Source: Clostridiales bacterium UBA4698
Lineage (GTDB): Bacteria > Bacillota > Clostridia > TANB77 > UBA1234
Assembly: GCA_002404755.1 (NCBI GenBank)
Contig: DHKI01000003.1
Location: forward strand, 9,471-73,470
Reading direction: 5' to 3'
Length of the DNA stretch: 64,000 nt
The notes under the pieces: model-generated
What the model was told of the DNA's origin: nothing
Seen by the model: the letters and a program-made list of their open reading frames with translations, nothing else
The model's database searches: none
Translations under genes and position numbers: made by a program
Shown here: positions 9,779-21,337 of the stretch, one piece after another
Position numbering within the stretch: position 1 is the stretch's first letter
How the letters are laid out: each line of letters starts with the position of its first letter

Positions 9779-9970
9779 TTATTTTTCTAATATTACTTTT
9801 CCTTCGTCTATTTCACAAGCAGCAGTTGTAACGTCTGATTCTGCCTTAACATTTGTTAATTTTGGACTTCCTTGTGAAATTTGTCTTGCTCTTTTAGCTG
9901 TTCCAATTACTAAAGAATACTTGCTTGGATTTCTCTTTAATAAACTTTGTAATGTAGGTCTAACTATCAT
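9779..9970 (-). CDS. rpoZ: RNA polymerase omega subunit
   Basis: MIVRPTLQSLLKR..KYSLVIGTAKRARQI. The internal ATG with AGGAGG RBS is preferred over the ORF-track start, which overlaps remA. Confidence 0.85.
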   Translation of the reverse strand: MIVRPTLQSLLKRNPSKYSLVIGTAKRARQISQGSPKLTNVKAESDVTTAACEIDEGKVILEK

Positions 9971-9989
9971 TTTTATTCCTCCTTTAAAA

Positions 9990-10265
9990 TTAATCTTCAT
10001 TGTTTATACTTTCTTCAATATCCTCATCTGTACCTTTTTCTAATCTATTTGCAACTGTTTCTGGTTGAACTGCAGACAAAACAACATGATCACTGTCCAT
10101 CATAATAACTGCCCTTGTTCTTCTTCCATAAGTAGCATCTACCAATTTTCCATTGTCTCTTGCATCTTGTATTATTCTTTTTATTGGTGCTGACTCCGGT
10201 GAAACTATAGCAATAAGTCTATCTGCTGAAATTATGTTTCCAAAACCTATGTTTATAAATTTCAT
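9990..10265 (-). CDS. remA: RemA/DUF370 family regulator
   Basis: [43 protein letters not shown] is the typical RemA signature. Lies in the yicC-remA-rpoZ neighbourhood. Confidence 0.9.
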   Translation of the reverse strand: MKFINIGFGNIISADRLIAIVSPESAPIKRIIQDARDNGKLVDATYGRRTRAVIMMDSDHVVLSAVQPETVANRLEKGTDEDIEESINNED

Positions 10266-10279
10266 TATATCACTCCTTA

Positions 10280-11155
10280 TTACTCTATATTTTGTATTTG
10301 CTCTCTTATATTTTCTATTTCATTTTTCATCTCAACAACCAATTGAGTAATATCTAGACAATTTGCTTTTGAACCAATCGTATTCGTCTCTCGATTCATT
10401 TCTTGAAGTAAAAAGTCCAATTTCTTACCTATTGGTCCATCAGAATCTAACATATTTTCTAATGATTTTATATGACTTTTAAGTCTTGTTACTTCTTCGC
10501 ATATACTCGACTTATCTGCAAATAAAACTATCTCCTGTCCTAATCTATTTTCATCCATAATTTCATTTGCCTTAAGCTCTATTGCTCTGTTTAATAGCTT
10601 TTCTCTATACTCTTCTAATAAGTTTGAAGACCTTTCTTCGGCCTTTTCTACATAACAACTTATCTTGGCTAGCCTATTTTTTATATCATCTGCCAATCTT
10701 TTTCCTTCTACTTCACGAGCTAAAGAAATACTATTTATCGCCATTTCCAAAGCTTTTTGAAGCTCGTTCCAATATAGGTCCTCGTCCGAGTCAACATCAA
10801 TAGTAACTATATCTGGCATCCTCATAATAGACGTTGCAGTAATATCGTCCGTGATTCCTAGAGTATTTACTAACTCTCTCATCTCTTTGACGTATATTTC
10901 TGCCAAACCTTTGTCTACTCTTATATTTCTGCCCTCGTCACTCATATTTACCAAAGAAATTGAAACATCTATTTTTCCTCTTGAAAGATTCTTGGAAATA
11001 TAACTTCTTATTTTATCTTCAATCGAAGAAAGATATCTTGGCATTCTTATTGATATATCATTATATCTATGATTCACTGCCTTTATTTCAGCAGTATACT
11101 CTCTAGAATTGCTCTCGTATTTTCCAAGTCCAAAACCTGTCATACTTTTAATCAT
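10280..11155 (-). CDS. yicC: YicC/YloC family stress-induced endoribonuclease-like protein
   Basis: N-terminus MIKSMTGFG, 291 aa, conserved position upstream of remA. Confidence 0.85.
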   Translation of the reverse strand: MIKSMTGFGLGKYESNSREYTAEIKAVNHRYNDISIRMPRYLSSIEDKIRSYISKNLSRGKIDVSISLVNMSDEGRNIRVDKGLAEIYVKEMRELVNTLGITDDITATSIMRMPDIVTIDVDSDEDLYWNELQKALEMAINSISLAREVEGKRLADDIKNRLAKISCYVEKAEERSSNLLEEYREKLLNRAIELKANEIMDENRLGQEIVLFADKSSICEEVTRLKSHIKSLENMLDSDGPIGKKLDFLLQEMNRETNTIGSKANCLDITQLVVEMKNEIENIREQIQNIE

Positions 11156-11157
11156 AA

Positions 11158-11580
11158 TTATTTTTTCTTTCCCTTCGATTTATTATCTTTCTCTTTCGCT
11201 TTTACGAATACAACAATTAATTTTATAATATAATATATTAAAAACCCTATTGGAAAAACAATATTCAATTTGTTAAACGGAAAAGCAAACTCTAAATATG
11301 TTCCTGGTAGTAAGGCTGCTGATATAGCAAGCACTGTCAATTCGATTCCGTACACACCAGTTGACATACTATCTTTCTTGTATGCTCTTATGAACGTAAT
11401 AATAGCAGCCAACAAAAATATTATGCCAAACACATTAATCCATTTAGTTACTGTTGGATAGCTATAATTATATATAGTAAAAGCACTATCTACTATTCCA
11501 TAAAACACTTCTACTAAAAGTAACATCAATCCAACTCCGCAAAGTGAATCTATTAATTTGTTCTTATCCGTATAATTCAT
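11158..11580 (-). CDS. Hypothetical multi-pass membrane protein (140 aa)
   Basis: Four hydrophobic segments and a lysine-rich C-terminus. Confidence 0.55.
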   Translation of the reverse strand: MNYTDKNKLIDSLCGVGLMLLLVEVFYGIVDSAFTIYNYSYPTVTKWINVFGIIFLLAAIITFIRAYKKDSMSTGVYGIELTVLAISAALLPGTYLEFAFPFNKLNIVFPIGFLIYYIIKLIVVFVKAKEKDNKSKGKKK

Positions 11581-11604
11581 TCTTTTTACTCCTTTTACTA
11601 ATTA

Positions 11605-12348
11605 CTAAAGCTTATCTAATTCATATATAGCCATTGCAAGAGTTACAAAACCTGCTGTTTCAGTTCTTAATATCCTAGGACCTAAAGAAACTTTCTTCAT
11701 GTTGGTTAATTCCGACAATACTTCTATATCACCATCAGAAAAACCACCCTCTGGACCTACGACAATAGCTATATTTTTAACATTTTCATCCATATTTCTC
11801 AACACATTTTTTATATAATTTCCTTTTTCACACTCATATGGCACTATAACTATATCATATTTTGAAAGTTTTTCAATGTTATTTTTTAAATTAATTGCTT
11901 TTTCAACATATGGAATCTTTTGTCTACCACTTTGTGTAGCAGCCTCTTTTGCTATTTTTTGCCAACGTTCAATCTTTTTACCTTCATTCTTCTCATCTAA
12001 TTTAACAATTACCCTATCCATAATCACTGGTACAATGCCACCTACACCTAATTCTGTACACTTTTGTACAATTAATTCCATCTTATCTGCCTTCGGCAAA
12101 CCTTGGAAAAGTGTGATATTCACGTTAGGTTCCGTTGTATCATTTGATATTTTTAAGACATCTAATATTATCTCATTTGGATTCATATCACTTATTTTAG
12201 TGTAAATTCTAGTGCCATCTTCATCACAAACCTCTATTTTATCTCCATTTTGATATCTTAAAACATTTTTTATATGATTTACGTCTTCGCCTTGTATAAT
12301 TATTTTATTTTCTTCTATTTGATTATTTTTTATATAAAAAGTAGACAT
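11605..12348 (-). CDS. rsmE: 16S rRNA (uracil1498-N3)-methyltransferase
   Basis: 247 aa. C-terminal VGPEGGFS..E..L motif; located downstream of dnaJ. Confidence 0.85.
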   Translation of the reverse strand: MSTFYIKNNQIEENKIIIQGEDVNHIKNVLRYQNGDKIEVCDEDGTRIYTKISDMNPNEIILDVLKISNDTTEPNVNITLFQGLPKADKMELIVQKCTELGVGGIVPVIMDRVIVKLDEKNEGKKIERWQKIAKEAATQSGRQKIPYVEKAINLKNNIEKLSKYDIVIVPYECEKGNYIKNVLRNMDENVKNIAIVVGPEGGFSDGDIEVLSELTNMKKVSLGPRILRTETAGFVTLAMAIYELDKL

Positions 12349-12360
12349 TAATTTCTCCTT

Positions 12361-13509
12361 TTAAAAGAATCTTCTTCTTTTTCCAGTTTCAAAGTTTTCT
12401 CCACTAATTTCTGCAAACTTCTTTAGTAGTTCTCTTTGCTCATTATTTAATTTCTTAGGTACATCTACAATTACAGTAAAGTACAAGTCACCAACGCCTC
12501 TGCCATTTATGTTCTTTATTCCTTTACCCTTTAAAGTAAATATTGAACCTGTTTGTGTTCCTTCGGCCAGATCATATTGCTCCTCACCAGTCAATGTAGG
12601 TACTTTTATTATCGCACCTAACGCTGCTTCAGCAAATGAAACATGGACATTGCAAAATATACTATCGCCTTTCCTTGTGAATATTGCATGATTTCTAACA
12701 GCTACAGTTATATATAGATTTCCAGCTGGACCACCACGAAGTCCTGGTTCACCTTCGCCATTTAATGATATAACTTGACCATTATCAATTCCGGCTGGTA
12801 TTGATACTTTAATTCTTCTTTGTTTTCTAACAGTACCTCTGCCCTTGCAAGTATCACATGGATTGCTTATAACACTTCCTGTTCCTCCACAATTATCACA
12901 AGTTCTAACACTTGCAAAAGATCCAAGTATCGTATTTTGAGTAACTCTTACTTGTCCTGTGCCATTACAAACCTTACAAGTCTCTGGTTTTGTGCCTGGT
13001 TTAGCACCTGTTCCTCCACAAGTATCGCATTGCTCTTCTCTATTTATTGTTATTTCTTTGCTAACACCAAATGCTGCCTCTTCAAAAGTTATTTCAACTC
13101 TTACTTTTAAATCTCTTCCTCTTACTGGACCATTCCTAGAATTACGTCCTCTTGAACTGCCACCTCCGAAAAAAGACGAGAATATATCGTTCAAATCAAA
13201 GTCCACTCCAGAGAATCCTGCACCACCAGAGAAACCATCAAATCCGCTAAAGCCACTAAAATCACTAGAATAACCATTAGCTCCACTATGTCCAAATTGG
13301 TCATACATATTACGTTTTTGCTTATCTGATAAGACTTCATATGCCTCATTTACTTCTTTGAATTTCTTTTCTGCTTCTTCTTTATTATCCGGATTTGCGT
13401 CTGGATGATATTTTTTAGCCAATTTTCTATATGCTTTCTTTAATTCCTCATCCGTTGCTGTTTTTGAAACACCCAAAACCTCATAATAATCTCTTTTTTG
13501 TTCTGCCAT
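12361..13509 (-). CDS. dnaJ: Chaperone DnaJ
   Basis: J domain [24 protein letters not shown] region, four CxxCxGxG zinc repeats. Confidence 0.97.
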   Translation of the reverse strand: MAEQKRDYYEVLGVSKTATDEELKKAYRKLAKKYHPDANPDNKEEAEKKFKEVNEAYEVLSDKQKRNMYDQFGHSGANGYSSDFSGFSGFDGFSGGAGFSGVDFDLNDIFSSFFGGGSSRGRNSRNGPVRGRDLKVRVEITFEEAAFGVSKEITINREEQCDTCGGTGAKPGTKPETCKVCNGTGQVRVTQNTILGSFASVRTCDNCGGTGSVISNPCDTCKGRGTVRKQRRIKVSIPAGIDNGQVISLNGEGEPGLRGGPAGNLYITVAVRNHAIFTRKGDSIFCNVHVSFAEAALGAIIKVPTLTGEEQYDLAEGTQTGSIFTLKGKGIKNINGRGVGDLYFTVIVDVPKKLNNEQRELLKKFAEISGENFETGKRRRFF

Positions 13510-13656
13510 TAATTAATCCCCCTTAGCACTTAAAAGCACTTAATCGCGCAAATTATATATTTACACGAATAGACGACAAAAATGTCGCCTTATTCAAATA
13601 TATAAATGTCTTTTCTAAACCAAGGGCGGATAAAATCCGCCCTATTTTTTAATTAA

Positions 13657-15507
13657 TTACTCAACTTTGTAATCTGCATCATATACTGTGCCATCATTAC
13701 CTTGGTTTGGGTTGCTGTTTGCATTATTTCCGCTTGCTGCGTTAGGATCTGCATTTGCTCCTGTTGCATTTGCACCAGCATTAGCATATAATTTTTCAGA
13801 AATCTTATAGAATTCTTGAGTTAATTTTTCTGTTGCAGATTTAATAGCTTCAACATCTGTTCCTTCTAGTGTTTTCTTAACATTATCTAGCTCAGCTTGA
13901 ACTTTAGCTTTCTCTTCTGCACTTACTTTATCTCCTAAATCATTCAATGTTTTTTCTGTATTGTATACAAGTGAGTCAGCATTGTTTCTAACTTCAATTG
14001 CTTCTTTATTCTTTCTATCTTCTTCAGCATGTGCTTCAGCCTCTTTAACAGCTTGTTCTATTTCATTTTCTGTTAAGTTTGTGCTTGCTGTGATAACGAT
14101 CTTTTGCTCGTTACCTGTTCCCATATCTTTAGCTGATACGTGAACAATACCGTTAGCATCTATATCGAATGTAACTTCGATTTGTGGTACTCCTCTTGGA
14201 GCCGCTGGAATTCCTGTTAATTGGAATCTACCAAGTGTCTTATCGTATGCTGCCATTTCTCTTTCACCTTGTAATACGTGAATTTCTACACTTGTTTGTC
14301 CATCTGCAGCTGTTGAGAATATTTGTGACTTCTTTGTTGGGATTGTTGTATTTCTTTCAATCAACTTAGTAAATACACCACCAAATGTTTCAATACCAAG
14401 TGATAGTGGTGTTACATCTAGTAAAACTAGGTCTTTAACATCACCAGATAATACACCTGCTTGAATTGCTGCACCAATTGCAACACATTCATCTGGGTTT
14501 ATACCTTTGTGTGGCTCTTTACCTGTAACTCTCTTAACTGTTTCTTGTACTAGAGGTACTCTTGATGAACCACCAACTAAAATTATTTTATCTAGTTTAT
14601 CTGCTGTTAAGTTGGCATCTTTCAATGCTTGATTCATTGGACCAACTGTTGAATCAACTAAGTCTCTGATTAATTCTTCAAATTTTGCTCTTGTAAGTGT
14701 AATGTTCATGTGTTTTGGTCCTGTGCTATCAGCTGTGATATATGGTAAATTGATATCCGTTTGACTCATGCTAGATAATTCTATTTTAGCCTTCTCACTA
14801 GCTTCCTTTAATCTTTGCATAACTGCTGGATCTGTTGACAAATCTATTCCTTGGTCTTTCTTGAATTCATCGATTAAGTATTTCATTATTCTTTCATCGA
14901 AGTCATCTCCACCTAGTCTGTTGTTACCACTTGTTGATAAAACTTCGAATACACCATCACCAATTTCTAGGATAGATACATCGAATGTACCACCACCTAA
15001 GTCATAAACCATTATCTTTTGCTCATCACCTTTATCTAGACCATAAGCAAGTGATGCTGCTGTTGGCTCGTTTATAATTCTTAAAACTTCAAGTCCTGCA
15101 ATTCTACCCGCATCTTTTGTTGCTTGTCTTTGAGAATCACTAAAGTAAGCTGGAACTGTTATAACAGCTTGAGTTACTTTTTGTCCTAAGTAGTTTTCAG
15201 CATCTGACTTTAATTTTTGAAGTATCATTGCTGAGATTTCTTGTGGTGTATATGTTGCAGAATCTATTTTTATTTTTCTATCTGTACCCATATCTCTCTT
15301 AATAGAAGATATTGTTCTGTCGTGGTTTGTTACCGCTTGTCTTTTAGCTATTTTACCAACTAATCTTTCTCCTGTTTTTGTAAATGCTACAACTGATGGA
15401 GTTGTTCTATCTCCTTCTGCATTAGGTATAACAACTGGTTCTCCACCTTCCATAACTGCTACACATGAGTTTGTTGTTCCTAAATCAATACCAATAATTT
15501 TTGACAT
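13657..15507 (-). CDS. dnaK: Chaperone DnaK (Hsp70)
   Basis: [18 protein letters not shown]..., [12 protein letters not shown]. Start trimmed to the ATG that has an RBS. Confidence 0.98.
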   Translation of the reverse strand: MSKIIGIDLGTTNSCVAVMEGGEPVVIPNAEGDRTTPSVVAFTKTGERLVGKIAKRQAVTNHDRTISSIKRDMGTDRKIKIDSATYTPQEISAMILQKLKSDAENYLGQKVTQAVITVPAYFSDSQRQATKDAGRIAGLEVLRIINEPTAASLAYGLDKGDEQKIMVYDLGGGTFDVSILEIGDGVFEVLSTSGNNRLGGDDFDERIMKYLIDEFKKDQGIDLSTDPAVMQRLKEASEKAKIELSSMSQTDINLPYITADSTGPKHMNITLTRAKFEELIRDLVDSTVGPMNQALKDANLTADKLDKIILVGGSSRVPLVQETVKRVTGKEPHKGINPDECVAIGAAIQAGVLSGDVKDLVLLDVTPLSLGIETFGGVFTKLIERNTTIPTKKSQIFSTAADGQTSVEIHVLQGEREMAAYDKTLGRFQLTGIPAAPRGVPQIEVTFDIDANGIVHVSAKDMGTGNEQKIVITASTNLTENEIEQAVKEAEAHAEEDRKNKEAIEVRNNADSLVYNTEKTLNDLGDKVSAEEKAKVQAELDNVKKTLEGTDVEAIKSATEKLTQEFYKISEKLYANAGANATGANADPNAASGNNANSNPNQGNDGTVYDADYKVE

Positions 15508-15574
15508 AATAATCATCCTTTCTTTCCTGCCATTTTCTAATGGCATCATATATATTAAAATTTTATTTTTTAAC

Positions 15575-16087
15575 TTAGTTCGCTACTTTAACCATTGCAT
15601 GTCTTAATACTCTATCGCCTATTTTATACCCACTTCTAAGTTCTTCAACAATTTCTTGTTCCCCATAATCCTTACTTTCAATATGCATTACCGCATCATG
15701 AAACTCCGGATTAAATGTTTCTTTAACAGTTGGTATAAGTTCGACATTGAATTCCTTCATTACATCTTGCATTTGCTTATGTATAAGCTCAAAACCTTCT
15801 TTTGCTTTAGGATCTGTTGTTTCTGCTGCAACTGCTTTGTCTAAGTTATCCAAAACAGCTATGTACTTTGTAACAACATCTCCAACAGCAAGTGAATATA
15901 TCTTTTCTTTTTCTTTCATCACTCTTTTCTTATAATTATCAAATTCTGCTGCCGTTCTTTGCAAATGTTCATAATACTTTTCATTTTCTTTCTTCAGTTT
16001 TTCTATTTCGTTGTTTAGGTCCTTGATAGATATTTCTTCTTTTTCCTCTAGTTCCTCATTCTTTATCTTCTCGTTTTCTGCCATCAA
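15575..16087 (-). CDS. grpE: Nucleotide exchange factor GrpE
   Basis: 170 aa. Coiled-coil N-terminus and the GrpE C-terminus ..[16 protein letters not shown]. Sits in the hrcA-grpE-dnaK order. Confidence 0.93.
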   Translation of the reverse strand: MMAENEKIKNEELEEKEEISIKDLNNEIEKLKKENEKYYEHLQRTAAEFDNYKKRVMKEKEKIYSLAVGDVVTKYIAVLDNLDKAVAAETTDPKAKEGFELIHKQMQDVMKEFNVELIPTVKETFNPEFHDAVMHIESKDYGEQEIVEELRSGYKIGDRVLRHAMVKVAN

Positions 16088-17114
16088 CTTCTCCCCCTTG
16101 TTTTATTTTTTCTTGTATAGAATCTCCTATATACTTAATTACTGGAATTACTTTTTTATAATCCATTCTCTTTGGTCCTATTATGCCTATCGTTCCAACT
16201 TCTTTTTCGTTTATTGATTGTTTATATGTTATTATTGTAAAATCTTTCAAATCATCAAATGCTGTTTCCTGTCCGATATACACATTAATATTTCCGTCGT
16301 AACCAGACTTTATAAGTTCTTTTATTGCATCTTGAGTTTCTATTATGTTTAAGAAATTTTTAAGTGTCTTTTCTTTCTTTAGTTCCGGTAAGTTAAGCAT
16401 GTTTCTAGTTCCATCTAAGTATATCTCAGAATTTTCTTCTGTAAGTAAATTGTTCAATTTCATAACTAAAGGTATTACTGTGTTGCTAATGTTATAAAGT
16501 TCGTTTTCTATATGAGTATTTATGTTGTCATATACTTCTTTGAAGTTCATGCCTTTAAATTTATAATTTAAAAAGTTATTAAATATTTCAATATTTTCGT
16601 TTGGAATATCACCGTCATACCTTACAACGCTCTCTTTTATGATTCCGTTGTCTGCCAAAATCACAATCATAAGTCTATCATGCCCAATTTTTACTAATTT
16701 TATTTCCTCAACTGTACATGACTCTATTTGTGGTCCAGCAGCAATTGATGCGTAATTTGTGATTCTAGATAAAACATTTGACGCTTCTTTTATTAATTCA
16801 TCAAGCTTTATTACGTCTTCCTTTAATGTGTTATCTATAATTTCTTTTTCTTTTGCTGTCAATGTCTTTTCTTTCATGATTAAATCGACATACAATCTAT
16901 ATCCTTTGCTTGATGGAATTCTTCCTGCTGAAGTATGAGGTTGTTCCAAATATCCAAGTTCCTCTAAGCTAGCCATTTCATTTCTTATGGTAGCAGAACT
17001 AAAACCTAAGTTATATTCATTCGCTATTTTTGTAGAACCGACTGGCTCTGCTGTCGCATTATATTCTTCTATGACAGCCTCCAATATCTTCTTTTTTCTA
17101 TCATCCAAAATCAT
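16056..17114 (-). CDS. hrcA: Heat-inducible transcription repressor HrcA
   Basis: N-terminal winged helix (LDDRKKKILEAVIEEY..PVGS) and CIRCE elements upstream. The 3' end overlaps the grpE start. Confidence 0.93.
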   Translation of the reverse strand: MILDDRKKKILEAVIEEYNATAEPVGSTKIANEYNLGFSSATIRNEMASLEELGYLEQPHTSAGRIPSSKGYRLYVDLIMKEKTLTAKEKEIIDNTLKEDVIKLDELIKEASNVLSRITNYASIAAGPQIESCTVEEIKLVKIGHDRLMIVILADNGIIKESVVRYDGDIPNENIEIFNNFLNYKFKGMNFKEVYDNINTHIENELYNISNTVIPLVMKLNNLLTEENSEIYLDGTRNMLNLPELKKEKTLKNFLNIIETQDAIKELIKSGYDGNINVYIGQETAFDDLKDFTIITYKQSINEKEVGTIGIIGPKRMDYKKVIPVIKYIGDSIQEKIKQGGEVDGRKREDKE

Positions 17115-17132
17115 TTCTTCACCTTCTTCGCA

Positions 17133-17159
17133 TTAGCACTCGATGTATCTAAGTGCTAA
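17133..17159. promoter_or_regulatory. CIRCE operator 1 (TTAGCACTC-N9-AAGTGCTAA)
   Basis: One mismatch to the TTAGCACTC-N9-GAGTGCTAA consensus; 19 nt upstream of the hrcA start. Confidence 0.9.
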
Positions 17160-17184
17160 CAACATAATAAAAATATCACTTCTT

Positions 17185-17211
17185 TTAGCACTTGTCAATA
17201 CCAAGTGCTAA
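17185..17211. promoter_or_regulatory. CIRCE operator 2 (TTAGCACTT-N9-AAGTGCTAA)
   Basis: Perfect 9-bp inverted repeat; second copy 52 nt upstream of the first. Confidence 0.85.
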
Positions 17212-17476
17212 AATTTTATAGTAACTTTTTCTTTAATTTTCATCTTTATATGTGAGCTTAGAGCCTCAAGAATTTAAAAGATTGCAATTTTAAAATTTTT
17301 GTGTGAATTTTTTGTAAACATTATACTTTATAACCTCTCCATTTATTTTTACCATAAAAAAGAATTAGATTAAAATCAAATAAAAAATATGAGACTACAA
17401 ATTAATATAGTCCCATAGATTCTTTTTTCAGTGTCCACTATATTGGGTTCACTTCATGTTTTTCATCTAATTCTTT

Positions 17477-18520
17477 TTAATCCTCGTAATCTATATACAT
17501 ATATAAGTCTGTATCTGAATCTAAAAATTCGTTTATCTTTTTATCCACGTCTGTGTCAAGTTTACTAATTCTAATATAGTTATTTCCCACCTTTATAAGT
17601 GGATCAACATATCTTAAATCTCTTCCTATCTTTGTGCAATACTTTTTCTCAACTTTATTAAATTTAGTATAGACCTTACGCAAATTAGGTAAATAACGCC
17701 ATCTATCGCTAATACGTTTATCACTGCAATTTAATCCGATATCCATAATAATTTTATCTGTTGATGTATACAAATCTTTTCTTCTAATTACGCCTCTTCT
17801 TACCATCGGAGCCAATGTATCAGTTATAAATTTCATTGCCATTTTTGCTTCATATGACCTATATTTTTCTCCGCATTCAATACTCACTAAACAGATTTTC
17901 TTTGCTAAATGCACAGTATTAAAGCAAAATTCTGGCATATTATCATCATTCGGCACTACAACCAAATCTTCATAAAACTCTTTAATTTCATCTAACGTGC
18001 AAATGTTTGATAAATATGCTGTATGCAAAAAATATTCTAATGTATGTGCACAAAGTGTTGGTCTAATGTTATAGCCAAGTGGAAAGTCTGTATAATCACA
18101 AATCTCATCAATATTTATATTATTATCAAATAAATATGCAAAAAGCTTGTCAGAACCAACAATTACATCATAATTAGTTAGTGCATTGTCATTCTTGTCA
18201 AAATTAATCTCATCGATATATGTTGTGGCATAAGAAAATGCCGGCACAGAAATATCATGAAGCATTGCCGATAGCACTTTATTTTTATTGGTAATAAAAT
18301 TATTCAATATTAGTGCTAAACCAATACTATGGTCTAATACAGAGTATTTGTATTTATATAAGTTAAAACCACTAAGATTTATACCCGCGTTTATATCAAT
18401 TCCATTTAATCTAGCAAGTTCCGGGAAGTCAACAATTTCCTTTATAAATTCTGGTACTTTTTCCGAATAGATTTGATGCAAAGCTGCAATTCTCTCATCC
18501 TGTGTATCATAATAAGACAT
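17477..18520 (-). CDS. HD-domain phosphohydrolase-like protein
   Basis: H..(LDHSIG) and HD (AMLHDIS) motifs. Start trimmed to the ATG with a GAGGTGAG RBS. Confidence 0.6.
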   Translation of the reverse strand: MSYYDTQDERIAALHQIYSEKVPEFIKEIVDFPELARLNGIDINAGINLSGFNLYKYKYSVLDHSIGLALILNNFITNKNKVLSAMLHDISVPAFSYATTYIDEINFDKNDNALTNYDVIVGSDKLFAYLFDNNINIDEICDYTDFPLGYNIRPTLCAHTLEYFLHTAYLSNICTLDEIKEFYEDLVVVPNDDNMPEFCFNTVHLAKKICLVSIECGEKYRSYEAKMAMKFITDTLAPMVRRGVIRRKDLYTSTDKIIMDIGLNCSDKRISDRWRYLPNLRKVYTKFNKVEKKYCTKIGRDLRYVDPLIKVGNNYIRISKLDTDVDKKINEFLDSDTDLYMYIDYED

Positions 18521-18739
18521 TTTCTCACCTCTTTTCACGCTTCATAGTATAGCATAATATTTAGCATAATTCAATCGAAATTGTTGATACTACGCAAAAT
18601 ATTAGACTCTATTCTATTTTTTAAATCTTCTGAGAGATTTAATTCTTCACTAGACTATTGTATAAAAAAGTGGACCTTAATTGTTAAATCATCTTTCTCA
18701 TAACAATTTGAGGCCCACGTTAATTCTATTTATAATACT

Positions 18740-19177
18740 CTATTTTAGTTCACTTCTGTTTTCTTTTATTACGTCAATCTTTTCTTGTAAATTCTGTTCC
18801 AATTCAGCAAGTATTTCATCTGCATACTTCTTTGTTCCATTTATCAAATCTTTTGAAAAGGCATTTGCACTATCTATTATTTCTGCTTTTTGTTCATATG
18901 CTTTTTTAGTTATCTCATGTTCATCAATCATTGCAATTATTCTGTTTTCTGCCTCTTTTATAAGTTGGTTTGCTTCTTTTTGAGCATCAACTAAAATCTT
19001 TTGTCTTTCTTCTTTTACCCATTTTGCTTGTTTTAATTCATCTGGTAATTTCATTTTTATTTCATTAACTACATCGATAATGGCATCTTTATCAACTAAA
19101 GACTTTTTAGTTAGTGGTATATTAGAACTTCTATCTAACATTTCTTCTAATGTTTCTAATAACGTTAAAACCTCCAT
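18740..19177 (-). CDS. Hypothetical coiled-coil protein (145 aa)
   Basis: Highly charged heptad-like sequence; conserved-looking position downstream of rsmD. Confidence 0.55.
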   Translation of the reverse strand: MEVLTLLETLEEMLDRSSNIPLTKKSLVDKDAIIDVVNEIKMKLPDELKQAKWVKEERQKILVDAQKEANQLIKEAENRIIAMIDEHEITKKAYEQKAEIIDSANAFSKDLINGTKKYADEILAELEQNLQEKIDVIKENRSELK

Positions 19178-19183
19178 AACGTC

Positions 19184-19732
19184 CTACTCCTTTCGTTTAT
19201 AAAAACTCAATATATTTCTTCCATATCTTTTGTAGTTATACTTCGTAAACCCTTCAATCTCGTCAGGTGCATCTTCATTAGTATCTGTTTCCATTATAAT
19301 TATACCGTTGTCTGATAATAATTCGTATTCCCACATTTTTCTTATTGCGTCTACACCCATCTCTTTATTATATGGAGGATCTATATACGCAATGTCTATC
19401 TTTTCACCTTTCAATTTTTTTAAGGCTACCTTATAATCTGTATTGTAAATACGAGTACAATCTTCGATTCTTCCCTTTTTTACGTTCTCCTTTATGACCT
19501 TTACACATGCTGGATTTAAATCAATTAGTATTGCACTTTCAGCTCCTCTACTTATCGCTTCAATACCTATTGCACCGCTACCAGCAAATAAGTCTAAAAA
19601 TGTAGCACCAGGAACATCATTAGTTAGTATACTAAATAATGCTTCTTTTACTACTTCTCGTGTTGGTCTTGTCGAATCACCATCAATTGTATTTAATTTC
19701 ATACCTCTTAAATTTCCTGAAACTACTCGCAT
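19184..19732 (-). CDS. rsmD: 16S rRNA (guanine966-N2)-methyltransferase
   Basis: MRVVSGNLRGMKL.., SAM motif DLFAGSGAIGIEAISRGA, DPPY. Confidence 0.88.
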   Translation of the reverse strand: MRVVSGNLRGMKLNTIDGDSTRPTREVVKEALFSILTNDVPGATFLDLFAGSGAIGIEAISRGAESAILIDLNPACVKVIKENVKKGRIEDCTRIYNTDYKVALKKLKGEKIDIAYIDPPYNKEMGVDAIRKMWEYELLSDNGIIIMETDTNEDAPDEIEGFTKYNYKRYGRNILSFYKRKE

Positions 19733-19826
19733 ATACAACCTCTCTATGCTATATTTTAATATATTTTCAAAAAATGTCAACCATTGTAACACAATTGTAA
19801 CATAAATGTAAAAATATGGTTCATAT

Positions 19827-20456
19827 CTATTTTAATATCTTCTTTAAAAAACTTTGTCTGTGTATCATGCATGGACCAAATTCTTTCAACGCCTCGACAT
19901 GAGCTTTAGTTCCATACCCTTTATGCTTTTCAAAGCCATACATAGGAAAAATTTTATCATATTCTCTCATCATTCTATCCCTTGTGACTTTTGCAATTAT
20001 TGATGCTGCACCTATTGAAATGCTAAGAGCATCTCCTTTTATTATAGGCAAGTATGGTATTCCATCTGTATCTACTTTCTTTTCAGCATCTATTAAAATA
20101 AAATCTGGTTTGACTTTTAAATCTTCAATTGCAAGTTTCATAGCTTTTCTAGTTGCATTAAGAATATTTATTTCATCTATTACTGTATGATCAACTATTC
20201 CTACTCCCCATGCCAATGCATTATTTATTATATCATCATAAAGTTTCTCTCTCTTCTTCTCGGAAAGTTTTTTAGAATCATTTACGCCTTCTATTAATGC
20301 ATCTTTCGGTAAAATCACTGCGGCAGCTACTACAGGACCCGCAAGTGGTCCTCTTCCAGCTTCATCAATTCCAGCTATGCATTTATATCCTTTTTCGTAT
20401 GCTTCTTTTTCAAATTTACTAAGTTCAATAAGTCTTTCTCTTTCTTCTTCTTTCAT
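19827..20456 (-). CDS. rnhB: Ribonuclease HII
   Basis: GIDEAGRGPLAGPVV, DSKKLS and related motifs. Confidence 0.92.
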   Translation of the reverse strand: MKEEERERLIELSKFEKEAYEKGYKCIAGIDEAGRGPLAGPVVAAAVILPKDALIEGVNDSKKLSEKKREKLYDDIINNALAWGVGIVDHTVIDEINILNATRKAMKLAIEDLKVKPDFILIDAEKKVDTDGIPYLPIIKGDALSISIGAASIIAKVTRDRMMREYDKIFPMYGFEKHKGYGTKAHVEALKEFGPCMIHRQSFLKKILK

Positions 20457-20600
20457 TTGTACATTCACCCCGAAACATAGTATCATATATTACATAAAAT
20501 CGCAAATGTATTTAAAATGTTAATTTTTAGGCAGTTTTAAAGGCTAGGTAAATCAACTAACTTACCTAGCCTTGTTAAGAGGATGATTATTATGAATACT

Positions 20601-21263
20601 CTACGCGTTTTGTTCCTCGACATTACTATTTTCTATATTTTCGTCTTTTTCAACTTCTAGTTTTGAAATAGACACTTCATAAGCTCTTCTTGTTTCAGAT
20701 GTTCCGTCTTCAAACTTCTTTTCATACAATCTACTTTGAATTCTTCCCCAAATCTTAATTCTTTCACCAACACTCATGTTTTGGCAAAATCTTGCGTTTC
20801 TTCCCCATGCTATACATGGTATGTAATCTGACTTGTTGTATGCTCTATTAACCGCAAGCAAGATATCTGCAATTTCTCTACCAAATGGTGTTGTTCTATA
20901 AATAGGTTTTTTACATATGAAACCATCTAAAATTATTTCATTAGGGTTTTGATCTTCGCTAATTTCTTCTACTTCTTTCATATCCTTAACAAATACTGTC
21001 AAAACAAGTTTATTTTTTTCGTTCTCATAATTATTGTAAGATCTAAATTGGCCATCAATAATAACTTTTTGACCTACTTTAAAATTTTCATCTAGAATTC
21101 TCTCTGATGCAGTAACTGGAATGATGTCACTATTCTCACTTAATCTAGGAACTTCTAAATCAAATGTATAGAATCCCTCTCCGTATACTTCATGGCTAAA
21201 TTGTTTATCAGAAACAATAGTACCAATAAGTGTAATTATGTTGTTATCACTATAATTTACCAC
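20601..21263 (-). CDS. SSB-like protein with two tandem OB folds
   Basis: Each half resembles the SSB pattern (N.I.L.G......; W.....F......G..I.I.G.....Y). GTG start with a GAGGGGG RBS. Confidence 0.6.
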   Translation of the reverse strand: MVNYSDNNIITLIGTIVSDKQFSHEVYGEGFYTFDLEVPRLSENSDIIPVTASERILDENFKVGQKVIIDGQFRSYNNYENEKNKLVLTVFVKDMKEVEEISEDQNPNEIILDGFICKKPIYRTTPFGREIADILLAVNRAYNKSDYIPCIAWGRNARFCQNMSVGERIKIWGRIQSRLYEKKFEDGTSETRRAYEVSISKLEVEKDENIENSNVEEQNA

Positions 21264-21306
21264 TTTTTTATCCCCCTCATTCGCATTTTAATATGTTTTC
21301 TAATGT

Positions 21307-21337
21307 AATTTTATTCCCATCATAGGAATTTTATTCC
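21307..21337. repeat. Two direct copies of AATTTTATTCC, 20 nt apart, in the 5' region of the SSB-like gene
   Basis: 21307-21317 and 21327-21337 are identical. ATTCC..GGAAT also forms a small palindrome. Confidence 0.5.

Noticed and set aside
13524-13546. TTAGCACTTAAAAGCACTTAA upstream of dnaJ as a third CIRCE element.
   Set aside because: It is a direct repeat of AAGTGCT rather than a 9-N9-9 inverted repeat, so at best it is a degenerate relic.
16056-16087. 32-nt overlap of hrcA and grpE as a possible frameshift or fusion.
   Set aside because: Both proteins are full length with normal termini, so this is ordinary operon overlap. The grpE start could also be one codon downstream.
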